Positions 1-9,452 are shown, counted from the stretch's first letter. The stretch: 41,513 bases of DNA from Pseudomonadota bacterium (GCA_030538735.1 JAUNTK010000002.1:1-41513); one strand, 5' to 3'. Notes: a model not told the origin generated them from the letters alone. Numbers and translations: made by a program.

Positions 1-2
1 GG

Positions 3-1208
3 GCGATCTCATTGGCGCAGCCGTTGGCACTGTGGGTGATGACGGCCTTTGCCGCGTGTGCGGCCTTGGCGATCGGGTTGTTTCTGGTGTTGGGCAGTTA
101 CACCCGCCGCTCGCAAGTCAGCGGCCACCTGGTGCCTGCACAAGGCATGGCGATGGTGCTGGCCCCGGCCACCGGCGTGGTGGCGCAGATGGATGCCGCC
201 GAAGGCGGGCGTGTTGAGGCTGGGCAAACCTTGGCGGTGGTCAGTATCCCGCGCGCCACGGTAGGTGCGGGCGATACCGCCGCAGCGATGGCACAACGCC
301 TGCAACGCCGCCAACAAGGCTTGGCCGATGCCCATCAGGCGCAGGCGCAATTACTGGCCGCGCAAAGTGGCGGCCTCGCAAGCCAACTTAGCAATGCACG
401 GCGTGAACTGGCCCAACTGGAAAGCGAGATCGCCACCCGGCAGGCGCAGGTGAAGATTGCCGAGGACACTTTGCAGCGGATGCGCCAATTGCAGGCGGAT
501 AAGTACGTCAGCGAGCTGCAAGTCACCCAGCAACAAGCCCAACACCTGCAAACCGTCAGCGATATGCAGATCCTGCAACGGCAGGCCACCTCAGCGCGCC
601 GCAATATCGCCCAACTGCAACAGGCCCTGCAGGAGCTGCCCGGGCAGCGGCTGGCAAGCCACGCCAGTTACCAACGCGACTTGGCCGTACTGGAACAAGA
701 GCAACTCGAAACCGAAGCCCGCGGCGCACTAAGCGTCAGCGCCCCGGTCGCCGGCCTGATCGCCACCCAACTCGCAAAACCCGGCCAAGCGGTGCAAGCC
801 GGGCAACCACTGATGGCCTTGCTACCCGGCGATGGTGAACTGGAAGCAGAACTTCTAGTGCCCAGCCGCGCGATTGGCTTTATCGAACCCGGCGACCAGG
901 TGCTGCTGCGCTACCAAGCCTACCCGTATCAGAAGTTTGGCCACCAGCAAGGCACGGTCAAACAGATCAGCCGCAGCGCCCTGAACCAAGGCGAATTGCA
1001 AACCTTGATGGGCAGCGCGATGCAAGGCGAGCCGCTATATCGCGTCACCGTGACGCTGGCCAAACAGGCGATCACCGCCTACGGCAAAGCCGAACCGCTC
1101 AAACCCGGCATGGCACTGGAAGCCGACGTGCTGGGCGAGCAACGCAGATTGATTGAATGGGTGTTTGAACCGCTGTATTCGCTCAAAGGCAAGGTGGGGA
1201 GTGGTTAA
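3..1208 (+). CDS. HlyD/CvaA/RaxA-family membrane fusion (adaptor) protein of a type I peptide exporter; 5' end lies outside the window
   Basis: Frame is open from the left edge (AISLAQP...). N-terminal TM helix, long Gln-rich coiled coil, and family motifs VPSRAIGFIEPG, LRYQAYPYQKFG and LKPGMALEADV...RRLIEWVFEPL. Confidence 0.93.
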   Translation, partial: AISLAQPLALWVMTAFAACAALAIGLFLVLGSYTRRSQVSGHLVPAQGMAMVLAPATGVVAQMDAAEGGRVEAGQTLAVVSIPRATVGAGDTAAAMAQRLQRRQQGLADAHQAQAQLLAAQSGGLASQLSNARRELAQLESEIATRQAQVKIAEDTLQRMRQLQADKYVSELQVTQQQAQHLQTVSDMQILQRQATSARRNIAQLQQALQELPGQRLASHASYQRDLAVLEQEQLETEARGALSVSAPVAGLIATQLAKPGQAVQAGQPLMALLPGDGELEAELLVPSRAIGFIEPGDQVLLRYQAYPYQKFGHQQGTVKQISRSALNQGELQTLMGSAMQGEPLYRVTVTLAKQAITAYGKAEPLKPGMALEADVLGEQRRLIEWVFEPLYSLKGKVGSG

Positions 1209-1218
1209 GCGCCGCCGC

Positions 1219-1247
1219 TTGACGGCCAAGCCAATGAGCGTTCAACT
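1219..1247 (+). promoter_or_regulatory. Possible internal sigma70 promoter for the precursor gene
   Basis: TTGACG(1219-1224)-N17-TCAACT(1242-1247). The -35 is good; the -10 is weak. Confidence 0.2.
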
Positions 1248-1303
1248 GCCGGGAGACCGGCCCCAAGGCGCAGGGGAGCTGTGCTATTTCGAGGAGTAAT
1301 GCA

Positions 1304-1702
1304 ATGCGTGAATTGAATGCTGTCGAAATTGACTATGTATCGGGCGGCCAAGATGGAGGGAATAAGTCTGCTTGGAAAGAAATGTGGGAGTCTGTCAAGA
1401 AGTTTTTGAACACGACCTTTGGCAAAAGTCAAGATCAAAATCTTGATAATGTGCGGGCTGGCATGGAGATGTGTGCACAGCAAGGCGGGTCTTTTGGTTT
1501 TACGACGAGCTCAAGCAGAACTGGTTCTACATTTGGTAGTGGAATTGAGTTTGCGTTTAGGGGTATCCCTATCGGTGGTGGGGTTAACGCTGATTATGAT
1601 CGTGCGACAGGGCAGGTTAGTTTTTACTGTGACGTGCCCTCTGGCGGCGGTGGAGGCGGTGGTGAACGAGGCGGTGGTGGTGAGTCGCAGCAAATATTTT
1701 AA
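1304..1702 (+). CDS. Double-glycine-leader secreted precursor (putative bacteriocin/microcin-like protein), 132 aa; predicted mature part 117 aa from Gln16
   Basis: RBS GAGGAG upstream. The 15-aa leader MRELNAVEIDYVSGG fits the Gram-negative GG-leader pattern (cf. colicin V MRTLTLNELDSVSGG). Lies between the HlyD and C39-ABC genes. Confidence 0.88.
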   Translation: MRELNAVEIDYVSGGQDGGNKSAWKEMWESVKKFLNTTFGKSQDQNLDNVRAGMEMCAQQGGSFGFTTSSSRTGSTFGSGIEFAFRGIPIGGGVNADYDRATGQVSFYCDVPSGGGGGGGERGGGGESQQIF

Positions 1703-1713
1703 TTGAAGGTTAC

Positions 1714-1747
1714 ATGCATGGCGGCAGAATTTTCTGCCGCCATGCAT
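1714..1747. terminator. Perfect inverted repeat (strong RNA hairpin) without a U-tract; probable mRNA stabiliser or partial terminator
   Basis: ATGCATGGCGGCAGAA-TT-TTCTGCCGCCATGCAT, 16-nt arms, starting 12 nt after the precursor stop. Confidence 0.7.
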
Positions 1748-1775
1748 CTATGGCAACGGCCGGCAAGGGGGAGTG

Positions 1776-3101
1776 ATGAGAAAAGGTGTTGGCAATCGAG
1801 GCGCGCTGGCCTGTAGCGCGGTCGTGCTTATGGGGCTGATGATTGCAGGGTGCCAGCGTGAACAATTGATCGGGCCCGAGTGGGATGGCGTGGATTATGC
1901 GCTTGCGGTTGAGCAAAGAATGCTTAAAGGGGATTACGTTTGGCTGGATAATGAGTGCAAGAAGACTAAGCGTTGCCAAGGTAGTTATGGTGATTTAGTC
2001 AGGGCAGCCCGATATGCCCTGCGCGGCCATTGGGCAGAGGCCAGCGCATCCGCAGAGCGCTGTGTCGCCCACGCGCAAGGGGAGGTGCGCCCTGGGGTTG
2101 AATACCTGTGTGCGCAGTTTGCTCGCTCCACGTATATTCATCAGTATGGGCTATATGGGATTGTCGAGAGCAGAGACAAGTACCAAGCGGCGATCGATAG
2201 AGGTAGGCGCGCAGGGGTTGTTTTGAAAGGGGCCGATGTTGATACGGTGGCGGGTGTTGATGCGGTCAACAAGCCAGAGTTTTCCGGGCAAGGGCTTCCT
2301 GGTAGGATTCCACTGCATTGGACAACGACATCTGTGCCTGAGGTTTCTTCCCCCTATGTCGTGCTGAACATTGGGGGGCGTCAGCTAAAAATGCTGTTCG
2401 ATACCGGTGCCGAGCGCAGCGTGATGCACAGCCCACACGTGGCTGAATTCAATACGTTCGGCTGGGGGAGTGCCCACATAAATGATTATTATGGGCGGTC
2501 ATTTGATGCTGGGTGGGCGGGGGTGCCAAAATTCAATCTTGCAGGCCTTGGCGTGGAAAATTATTACTTCACCTACATGGAGGCCGGCGATGATGTGCTT
2601 TTTGATGAAGAAAAGCTTGATGGCGCGATCGGGATGGATATTATTCGCGAATTGGGTCAAGTGAAAATTTCGCGAGATTTTATCGAGGTGGCCCCTTCGC
2701 CCCCTGCGCATTGTGATACAGAGATGGTGAGCCCAGCAAACTTTGCCGGTGATCGTGAGGCTCCCTCATTCTTTGGGAAAATAAATGGCGTGGCGGGGCT
2801 TTTCATGCTGGACACGGGGACAAATAAGCTTGCGGCGGTGTCGGCAAGGATGGTGACGGAAAGAAAAATGATCGTATGGGACAAGGTTATGTTACATGGG
2901 CGCGGCGCGGGGTATTTTTCGATGCTGAGGGCGGTCGATGCGGTCAATTTTTCGATGGATTTCATGGGTGTGCATTTTGAACCTGCAGACTATTATGTTG
3001 ATTTCAATAAGCGAGGTATTGATGTCATCATAGGGATGGAATTGATTAAGAATTATTCGGTTTATATGGATTTCAATGCCAGCAGGATTTGTATTGTCTG
3101 A
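1776..3101 (+). CDS. Predicted lipoprotein with two tandem retropepsin-like (clan AA) aspartyl protease domains
   Basis: Signal peptide with lipobox MIAG-C. Motif pairs LFDTGAERS...LDGAIGMDII and MLDTGTNKL...IDVIIGMELI. Start is ATG 1776 or GTG 1773 after GGGGAG. Stop overlaps the next ATG (TGATG). Confidence 0.82.
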   Translation: MRKGVGNRGALACSAVVLMGLMIAGCQREQLIGPEWDGVDYALAVEQRMLKGDYVWLDNECKKTKRCQGSYGDLVRAARYALRGHWAEASASAERCVAHAQGEVRPGVEYLCAQFARSTYIHQYGLYGIVESRDKYQAAIDRGRRAGVVLKGADVDTVAGVDAVNKPEFSGQGLPGRIPLHWTTTSVPEVSSPYVVLNIGGRQLKMLFDTGAERSVMHSPHVAEFNTFGWGSAHINDYYGRSFDAGWAGVPKFNLAGLGVENYYFTYMEAGDDVLFDEEKLDGAIGMDIIRELGQVKISRDFIEVAPSPPAHCDTEMVSPANFAGDREAPSFFGKINGVAGLFMLDTGTNKLAAVSARMVTERKMIVWDKVMLHGRGAGYFSMLRAVDAVNFSMDFMGVHFEPADYYVDFNKRGIDVIIGMELIKNYSVYMDFNASRICIV

Positions 3102-5230
3102 TGGCTGATATTCAAAGTGTTTTGCTGGGGCGGTTGGGTTCAAGATCCGCTATCTTGCAATCCGAAGCTGCCGAATGCGGCCTGGCCTGCATGGCGATGG
3201 TTCTCGCCCACCACGGCCGCCATATCGATCTCGCTACGCTGCGTGCGCAAAACAGCCTTTCGCTGAAAGGTGCGACGCTCAAGCAATTGATCGAAGTCTC
3301 AGGCCGTTATGGTTTGTCGGCGCGGCCGCTGCGGCTCGGCCTGCATGAACTGGGCGAATTGAAGCTGCCCTGCATCCTGCACTGGGATTTGAATCACTTT
3401 GTGGTGCTATCCAAAGTGGGGCGCAAATCCATCGAGATCAAAGACCCAGCCGTTGGCCTGCGCAAGCTGAGCTTTGATGAGGCATCGCGCCACTTCACCG
3501 GCGTGGCGCTGGAGTTGTTGCCGGGGCTGGAATTCAAGCAAGAAAAGCCGAAACCCTCGGTCTCGTTCCGGCAGTTGGCCGGCTCCATTGGCGGCCTGAA
3601 ACGCTCACTGCTGCAAATCTTGCTGCTGTCGCTGGCCTTGCAGGTATTCACCTTGGTCTCGCCTCTCTTGACACAAGGCATCATGGATCATGTGTTGGTC
3701 AGTGCCGATACCAATTTGCTAACCGTGTTGTTGATCGCGTTCTCGCTGTTTTTGGTATTGCAAACAGCTATCGGCTTGATGCGTACATGGGCAGGTATTT
3801 ATCTGTCTGCGCAACTTGGCCTGCAATGGAATGGCAATGTGTTGGCACATTTGCTGCGCTTGCCGGTGGAATTCTTCGAGAAGCGCCACTTGGGCGATAT
3901 CACCTCACGCATGGGCTCGGTCGGCGCGATCCAAAGCATGATTACCTCCAGCGCGGTCGGCGTGGTGCTAGATGGCCTGATGACCATCACCACGTTGTTT
4001 GTGATGCTGAAATACAGCCCCAAGCTGATGCTGGTCAGTGTGATCGCCCTGTTGCTGTACTTTGGTATGCGGATGGTGACGTACAGAATGTTCCGCCGCG
4101 CCAACGAGGAGCAATTGGTGCTTTCGGCCAAGCAGCAAACCTATCTATTGGAAACCTTGCGCGGCGTATCCAGCATCAAATTGATGGCGAATGAAAGCCA
4201 ACGCCACAGCACATGGATGAACCATGCCGTGGCGACGCAAAACCAGTCGATCAAGATTGCAAAGATGGATATGTTTTACGGCACCATCAATGGCCTGATC
4301 TTTGGCATCGAAAACATCATCGTGATTGGTATGGGCGCGCATCTGGTGATGGGTAATGTGTTTTCCATCGGCATGTTGGTGGCGTATCTGGCCTACAAAA
4401 GCCAATTCAGCGGGCGCATCACCAGCCTGATCGATACTTTTATCGGCTTCAAGATGCTGCGCCTGCATGGCGAGCGCCTCGCTGATATCGTGTTGAGCGA
4501 GCCGGAAGATGCCGAGATCAAACCGGAAACCGCGATACCCGATGAGGCGCGGATTGAGGTGGAGAATCTCGGCTTCCGTTATGCCGATGGCGAGCCGTGG
4601 GTGCTGAAGGATTTGAGCTTGACCATCGAGCCGGGTGAATCGGTGGCAATCGTTGGCGCATCCGGCTGCGGCAAGACCACGCTAGTCAAGCTGATGCTGG
4701 GCTTGCTTAAGCCTAATGAGGGTGCGATCAAAATCGGCGGGCAAGATATCCAGAAGGCCGGGCCAAAGAATATCCGCACGATGGTCGGCGCGGTGATGCA
4801 GGATGACCAATTATTCGGCGGCAGCATCGCCGACAACATCAGTTTCTTTGACCAAGCAGTCGATCAGGAGAAAGTGGAACGCGCAGCAAAACTCGCCGCC
4901 ATCCACGATGAAATCATCGCCATGCCGATGGGCTACCACAGCCTGATCGGCGATATGGGCAGCAGCCTCTCCGGCGGGCAAAAGCAGCGGGTGATTTTGG
5001 CGCGCGCCCTGTATCGGGAACCAAAACTGCTGTTTCTGGACGAGGCCACCAGCCATCTGGATGTGACCAACGAGCATCTGGTCAACGAAGCGGTCAAGCA
5101 GCTCGCCATCACCAAAGTGATCGTCGCCCATCGGCCGGAGACGATTGCCAGTGCGGACCGAGTGTTGGTGGTGCACGCTGGCAAGATCGTGCAGGAGATC
5201 AGGCCGGAGCGAGCGGAGGTGGCGGCGTAG
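3101..5230 (+). CDS. Peptidase C39-containing ABC transporter (PCAT; CvaB/RaxB/SunT family)
   Basis: QSEAAECGLAC (catalytic Cys), ILHWDLNHFVVL, IKDPA. TM domain. Walker A GASGCGKTT, signature LSGGQKQR, Walker B LFLDEATSHLD. Start set at ATG 3101, coupled to the upstream stop. Confidence 0.96.
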   Translation: MADIQSVLLGRLGSRSAILQSEAAECGLACMAMVLAHHGRHIDLATLRAQNSLSLKGATLKQLIEVSGRYGLSARPLRLGLHELGELKLPCILHWDLNHFVVLSKVGRKSIEIKDPAVGLRKLSFDEASRHFTGVALELLPGLEFKQEKPKPSVSFRQLAGSIGGLKRSLLQILLLSLALQVFTLVSPLLTQGIMDHVLVSADTNLLTVLLIAFSLFLVLQTAIGLMRTWAGIYLSAQLGLQWNGNVLAHLLRLPVEFFEKRHLGDITSRMGSVGAIQSMITSSAVGVVLDGLMTITTLFVMLKYSPKLMLVSVIALLLYFGMRMVTYRMFRRANEEQLVLSAKQQTYLLETLRGVSSIKLMANESQRHSTWMNHAVATQNQSIKIAKMDMFYGTINGLIFGIENIIVIGMGAHLVMGNVFSIGMLVAYLAYKSQFSGRITSLIDTFIGFKMLRLHGERLADIVLSEPEDAEIKPETAIPDEARIEVENLGFRYADGEPWVLKDLSLTIEPGESVAIVGASGCGKTTLVKLMLGLLKPNEGAIKIGGQDIQKAGPKNIRTMVGAVMQDDQLFGGSIADNISFFDQAVDQEKVERAAKLAAIHDEIIAMPMGYHSLIGDMGSSLSGGQKQRVILARALYREPKLLFLDEATSHLDVTNEHLVNEAVKQLAITKVIVAHRPETIASADRVLVVHAGKIVQEIRPERAEVAA

Positions 5231-5282
5231 ATCGTCGGGCTGGCAAGTGCCTTGGGTTTTGGGCTGCGTGCAGGGCAATGAA

Positions 5283-5309
5283 TGGATTCCGGCTTGCGCC
5301 GGAATGACG
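5283..5309 (-). repeat. CGTC-tagged REP-like palindrome
   Basis: Reverse complement reads CGTCATTCCGGCGCAAGCCGGAATCCA. Related copies at 31602-31626 and 31658-31682. Lies between convergent genes. Confidence 0.75.
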
Positions 5310-5349
5310 GGTCGGATTGCTCAGGAGCCCCCTGGCGTGATTCCCGCAA

Positions 5350-6576
5350 TCATCCGCTGCTGATTGCTTCGCGGATCGCGGCCACTCGCGCGCGGCGAAT
5401 CGCCTCACCTACCTCGGGGCCGCTTACGCCTTGCGCGACATCGCTGGCACGCACGCGCTGGGCGGCGGCAAATAGCTGTTGCAGGCGCGGGCCTTGCGGG
5501 TAGGCGGTATCGGCTAGGCCAGCGCGGCCGCGTTTGTCGGCTTCGCAACTGATCGCCAATTGCGCGATGCGGGCCGGTTTGCGAAAGCCATCGCAGCGCT
5601 CGATCAGTTTGAGCACGGTGGCGGGCTTCAATTCATCCAGGCGATGCACATTGAGATGCTCGCGGCAGACCACTTCGGCCAGTTGCCGGTGCTCGTTGGG
5701 GACTTTCAGCCGCGCTGACATCGCACGCAACGGCGCAAGCCCGCGTTGCTCGTGTAGTACGTGGCGCGGCAGTTGGTCGGTGGGCGTCAGCGCCTTGCCC
5801 AGATCGTGGCAGAGGGCGGCATAGCCGATCAGGTCATCGCCGGGGGCGAGCGTGGCGGCCATATCGCAGACCAGCTCGGTGTGGATGCCGGTATCGATTT
5901 CGGGGTGAAACTCGGCGCGTTGCGGCACGCCATACAGGGCATCGACTTCGGGCAGGATCGCGCCCAGCGCATGTGCGTCGCGCAGACAGCGCAAAAACGC
6001 TGAGGGCGCGGCGGAGCGCAAGGCCTTGGATAATTCCTTCCAGACCCGCTCCGGTACCAGTTCGGCCAGTTCGCCGCTGGCGGCCATCGCGCGCATCAAG
6101 TCGCGGGTTTCGCTGGCGATGGAAAACCCAAGCGGTGCCAGCCGGGCCATGAAGCGGGCCGCACGCAGTACGCGCAGCGGGTCTTCGCTGAAGGCGGGGC
6201 CGACATGGCGCAAAACGCGGTGCTGGATATCGCCGATGCCGTTGAAGGGGTCGATCAGTGTGCCGTTTTCGGCATCGCGGGCGATGGCGTTTAGGGTGAA
6301 ATCGCGCCGCGCCAGATCGGCCTCCAGCGTGACATCGGGCGCGGCGTGGACGATGAAGCCGGTATAGCCGCGCCCGGATTTGCGCTCGGTGCGGGCCAGT
6401 GCGTATTCCTCGTGGGTGTCGGGGTGCAGGAATACCGGGAAATCGCGCCCAACCTGCTGGTAGCCGGCGGCGAGCATGTCGGCGGGCGTGGCGCCGACCA
6501 CCACATAGTCGCGGTCGCCAGCGGGTAAGCCCAACAATTCATCGCGCACCGCGCCGCCAACCAGATAGTGCTTCAT
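5350..6576 (-). CDS. cca: Multifunctional CCA-adding tRNA nucleotidyltransferase with HD domain
   Basis: [43 protein letters not shown] motif ALCHDLGK. Confidence 0.97.
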   Translation of the reverse strand: MKHYLVGGAVRDELLGLPAGDRDYVVVGATPADMLAAGYQQVGRDFPVFLHPDTHEEYALARTERKSGRGYTGFIVHAAPDVTLEADLARRDFTLNAIARDAENGTLIDPFNGIGDIQHRVLRHVGPAFSEDPLRVLRAARFMARLAPLGFSIASETRDLMRAMAASGELAELVPERVWKELSKALRSAAPSAFLRCLRDAHALGAILPEVDALYGVPQRAEFHPEIDTGIHTELVCDMAATLAPGDDLIGYAALCHDLGKALTPTDQLPRHVLHEQRGLAPLRAMSARLKVPNEHRQLAEVVCREHLNVHRLDELKPATVLKLIERCDGFRKPARIAQLAISCEADKRGRAGLADTAYPQGPRLQQLFAAAQRVRASDVAQGVSGPEVGEAIRRARVAAIREAISSG

Positions 6577-6580
6577 CGCT

Positions 6581-8587
6581 TTACTCGCCCGCTTCGGAGC
6601 CTTGCGGGCAGATAAATTTCACCCGCCTGCCTTGGGTCTGCCCGGCGATACGGTCGCTGACGCGCAGGGCATCGCCGCTCATGCGCCAGTCGTAGATCAC
6701 GCTGAAGGCGAGGATGCGCGGCACGTATTCGCGGGTTTCGCGGTAGCTGATGGTTTCGATCCAGAAATCGGCATCGAAATCCGGGCGTTGATCGCGCCAG
6801 CGGCCGGTCGGGGTGGGGCCGGCGTTGTAGGCGGCGATGGCGTGCGGCAAATCGCCCCAGCGGTCCAGCATCTCGCGCAGATAGGCGCTGCCGATGGCGA
6901 TATTGCTATCAGGCTCATACAAGGTGTTGGCGCCGTCCCAAGGCAGGCCGATGCGGGCGGCGACCGCCTGCCCGGTGCTGGGCAAGACCTGCATCAAGCC
7001 CATCGCATTGGCCGGCGAACGTGCGTTGGGGTCGAACAGGCTTTCGGCGCGGATTTCCGCCGCGATCCACGCCGGGTCGATGGCGTGGCGGGCGGCTTCG
7101 CGGCGGATCGTCTCGCTGTGGTGGATCGGGAAGCGCAGGGTGTAGAGGCGCAATTCATCGCGGTTGTCGCGGGCCAGATTGAACACTGCGCGATCAAACC
7201 AACCATTCGCCTGCGCCTCGGCCACGGCGATCCGGCGTTGGTTGTCATCGAAGCCCTTGAGCGCGGCATTCCACTCGGCCAGCGCCCAATCCTTGCGGCC
7301 AACCCGGTACAACGCCATCGCGCGTTGGATGGCCGGGCTATCGCGCACTTGCCGTTCAAGCGCCGGTTGTGCGGCGGGCGTCCACGGGCACAAGGCATAG
7401 GGTTGGCCCAGCCGGTCAGCGGCCAGAAAACCGTGGAATTCGGCTTGATGGCTGGCTTGGCGATACAGCGCCTCGGCACCGGGTTGGCCGGTCAGCTCGC
7501 GCAGGCGCGCCTCCAGATAGCGGATGCGGGTGGTATCGCGCAGCGCATTCGGGAAGCGGTTGATCGCGGCCAGTGCGCCAGCCCAATCGCGGCGTGTCAT
7601 CGCCTCGCGCATCGCCAATTGATGCAGGCTGTCGTCATAACTGGGCAGCGGCACGGCGGCTAGGCGGCGCGCGCTGGCGGGCAGGTACGAGGCGGCGGTT
7701 TGCAGGGCGATTTCATACAAGACGCGGCCGCGCTCGGCCTCGCTCATGGCCAGCGCATCGGCGTATTGCGGCAGGGCAGCTTCGGCGTTATCGGGCGATT
7801 TTTTCGCCATCGCCACCAAGGCGGCGGTGGCGACGTTGCGGCTGCGCGCATCGCGTGGCCACGCCAGCGCGGCGGCATCCAGATTGCCGGAGATCGCATT
7901 GGCATAGGCATTGGCGCGTGCGGCCAGATGGCCGGGCAGGCCGTTGGCGGCCTCGCGGATCACCGCGGGCTGGTTCTCGGCGATAGCTAGATCAATACGT
8001 TGCCAGCGCAGGGCATCATCCAGACCGCCGCGCAACTGCCAGCCGCCAACCGGCGCGGCGCACTCATTGGGTAGCGGTTTGCCACTCAGCCACAGGCTGC
8101 GTACCTCCTGCATCCAGTTGGGGTCGGTCTTGCCATCCGCCATGCGCGCATTCAATTCGCCGCAGCGCAAGGCCAGCCGCTCGATGCCGGGCTGCCATGC
8201 GCGCCCGAACGCGGCCCAATCACCGCGTTTCATGCTGGCGGCCAGCCACTCGTTGCGAAAACGCGGGCCAAGCGCATCATCGCGATGGGCCTGCAGGAAG
8301 GCTTCGGCCTCGGCGGCGGGCAGTTGCTCGATGCGGCGGCGCAGATCGGCGTATTCCACCCACGCGCGGGCGGGATGGCGGGCCAGCGCGGGGAACGCGG
8401 CCGCATCGAAACGGCCGCTTTCGGCCGCCGCCAGTGCATCGCGCAACACAGCGTCATCGGCGCGCGGGCGGGCTTGTGGGGTTTCGGTCGGCTGCGCGGC
8501 AGGCGCGTGCGGCGGTTGCGCCTCGCTCTGGCCTGAGCAGCCGGCAAGCAAGGCGACGATCAACAAACTGGACGGGCGTAGGCGCAT
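6581..8587 (-). CDS. slt: Soluble lytic murein transglycosylase (Slt70 type), predicted lipoprotein
   Basis: C-terminal SLT domain ([33 protein letters not shown]). Start reassigned to MRLRPSS at 8587, which gives lipobox LAG-C. Confidence 0.92.
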   Translation of the reverse strand: MRLRPSSLLIVALLAGCSGQSEAQPPHAPAAQPTETPQARPRADDAVLRDALAAAESGRFDAAAFPALARHPARAWVEYADLRRRIEQLPAAEAEAFLQAHRDDALGPRFRNEWLAASMKRGDWAAFGRAWQPGIERLALRCGELNARMADGKTDPNWMQEVRSLWLSGKPLPNECAAPVGGWQLRGGLDDALRWQRIDLAIAENQPAVIREAANGLPGHLAARANAYANAISGNLDAAALAWPRDARSRNVATAALVAMAKKSPDNAEAALPQYADALAMSEAERGRVLYEIALQTAASYLPASARRLAAVPLPSYDDSLHQLAMREAMTRRDWAGALAAINRFPNALRDTTRIRYLEARLRELTGQPGAEALYRQASHQAEFHGFLAADRLGQPYALCPWTPAAQPALERQVRDSPAIQRAMALYRVGRKDWALAEWNAALKGFDDNQRRIAVAEAQANGWFDRAVFNLARDNRDELRLYTLRFPIHHSETIRREAARHAIDPAWIAAEIRAESLFDPNARSPANAMGLMQVLPSTGQAVAARIGLPWDGANTLYEPDSNIAIGSAYLREMLDRWGDLPHAIAAYNAGPTPTGRWRDQRPDFDADFWIETISYRETREYVPRILAFSVIYDWRMSGDALRVSDRIAGQTQGRRVKFICPQGSEAGE

Positions 8588-8630
8588 GCACGGACTATAC
8601 CCAGACCTTTCTGAATTGCGATAACACCCC

Positions 8631-9446
8631 ATGCCCTACGCGCTTGATCCGTTTGCCTTGTTGGGTTTTCTCGCGCTGGGCGCGGTGGCCGGGGTTTTGG
8701 CCGGTTTGCTGGGCGTTGGTGGCGGCTTGGTGCTGGTGGCGGCGCTGGCGTGGTTGTTGCCGCTGCAGGGCGTGGTGCCGGCTGAATCCGCGATGCATGC
8801 GGCGCTGGCGACATCGCTGGCCAGCATCGTGTTTACCGCGATGTCATCGGCTCGATCTCATGCCAAGCGTGGCAGCGTGTTATGGCCCACGGTGGCGTGG
8901 ATGGTGCCGGGCATTTTGATTGGCGGCTGGCTGGGTAGCGGGTTTGCGGTTGGGCTGGATGGGCAGTGGTTACGCTGGGGCGTGGCGATTTACTGCCTGA
9001 TCGCGGCGGCGCAGATGATGTTTGCCAAGCCGAAGCCTGCTGGCGATGCGGCCATCGTGCCGCGCGGCCCGGTGATGAGTGCGGCTGGTGGCGGCATCGG
9101 TATTGCATCGGCCTTGGTGGGCATCGGCGGTGGCAGCATGACGGTGCCGCTGTTGACCTGGCTGGGCGTGGTGCCGGTGCGTGCGGTGGGCACCTCATCG
9201 GCCTGCGGTGTGTTTATCGGCCTGGCCAGTGCGGCCGGCTATGCCTTGCATGCGCCGGCCGGGGCGTTGCCGCAGCACGCGATCGGCTATGTCTATCTGC
9301 CGGCGGCGATTGGCGTGGCGCTGGCCTCGATCCTGTTTGCGCCGCTTGGCACACGCATCGCCCATGCCATCAGCGGGCCAGTCTTGAAGCGGGTGTTTGC
9401 GTTGTTTCTACTTGCTGTGGCGATCAGCCTGGTGATCGGCGGCTGA
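8631..9446 (+). CDS. TauE/SafE (DUF81) family membrane transporter
   Basis: Repeated GLLGVGGGLVLV / ALVGIGGGSMTVP motifs, ALATSLA and AVGTSSA; about 8 TM segments. Confidence 0.9.
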   Translation: MPYALDPFALLGFLALGAVAGVLAGLLGVGGGLVLVAALAWLLPLQGVVPAESAMHAALATSLASIVFTAMSSARSHAKRGSVLWPTVAWMVPGILIGGWLGSGFAVGLDGQWLRWGVAIYCLIAAAQMMFAKPKPAGDAAIVPRGPVMSAAGGGIGIASALVGIGGGSMTVPLLTWLGVVPVRAVGTSSACGVFIGLASAAGYALHAPAGALPQHAIGYVYLPAAIGVALASILFAPLGTRIAHAISGPVLKRVFALFLLAVAISLVIGG

Positions 9447-9452
9447 TGTGGC

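Noticed and set aside
1640-1685. GGC/GGT-rich run as a possible tandem repeat or contingency locus
   Set aside because: Codons are mixed (ggc/ggt/gga), so this is a selected poly-Gly tract, not a slippage repeat.
1304-1702. Precursor as a RaxX homologue or class IIb siderophore-microcin
   Set aside because: No RaxST sulfotransferase or MceC/D/I/J-type genes in the window, no RaxX-like core, and the C-terminus ends in Phe, not Ser.
5282-5503. Short ORFs containing MDSGLRRND / WIPACAGMT
   Set aside because: These are translations of the REP palindrome and overlap cca antisense.
6602-7663. Long antisense ORFs (this one, and e.g. 14274-15494, 22695-23900, 24054-25358, 27928-29073, 36101-37345)
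   Set aside because: Shadow frames of well-supported genes in high-GC DNA, with no motifs of their own.
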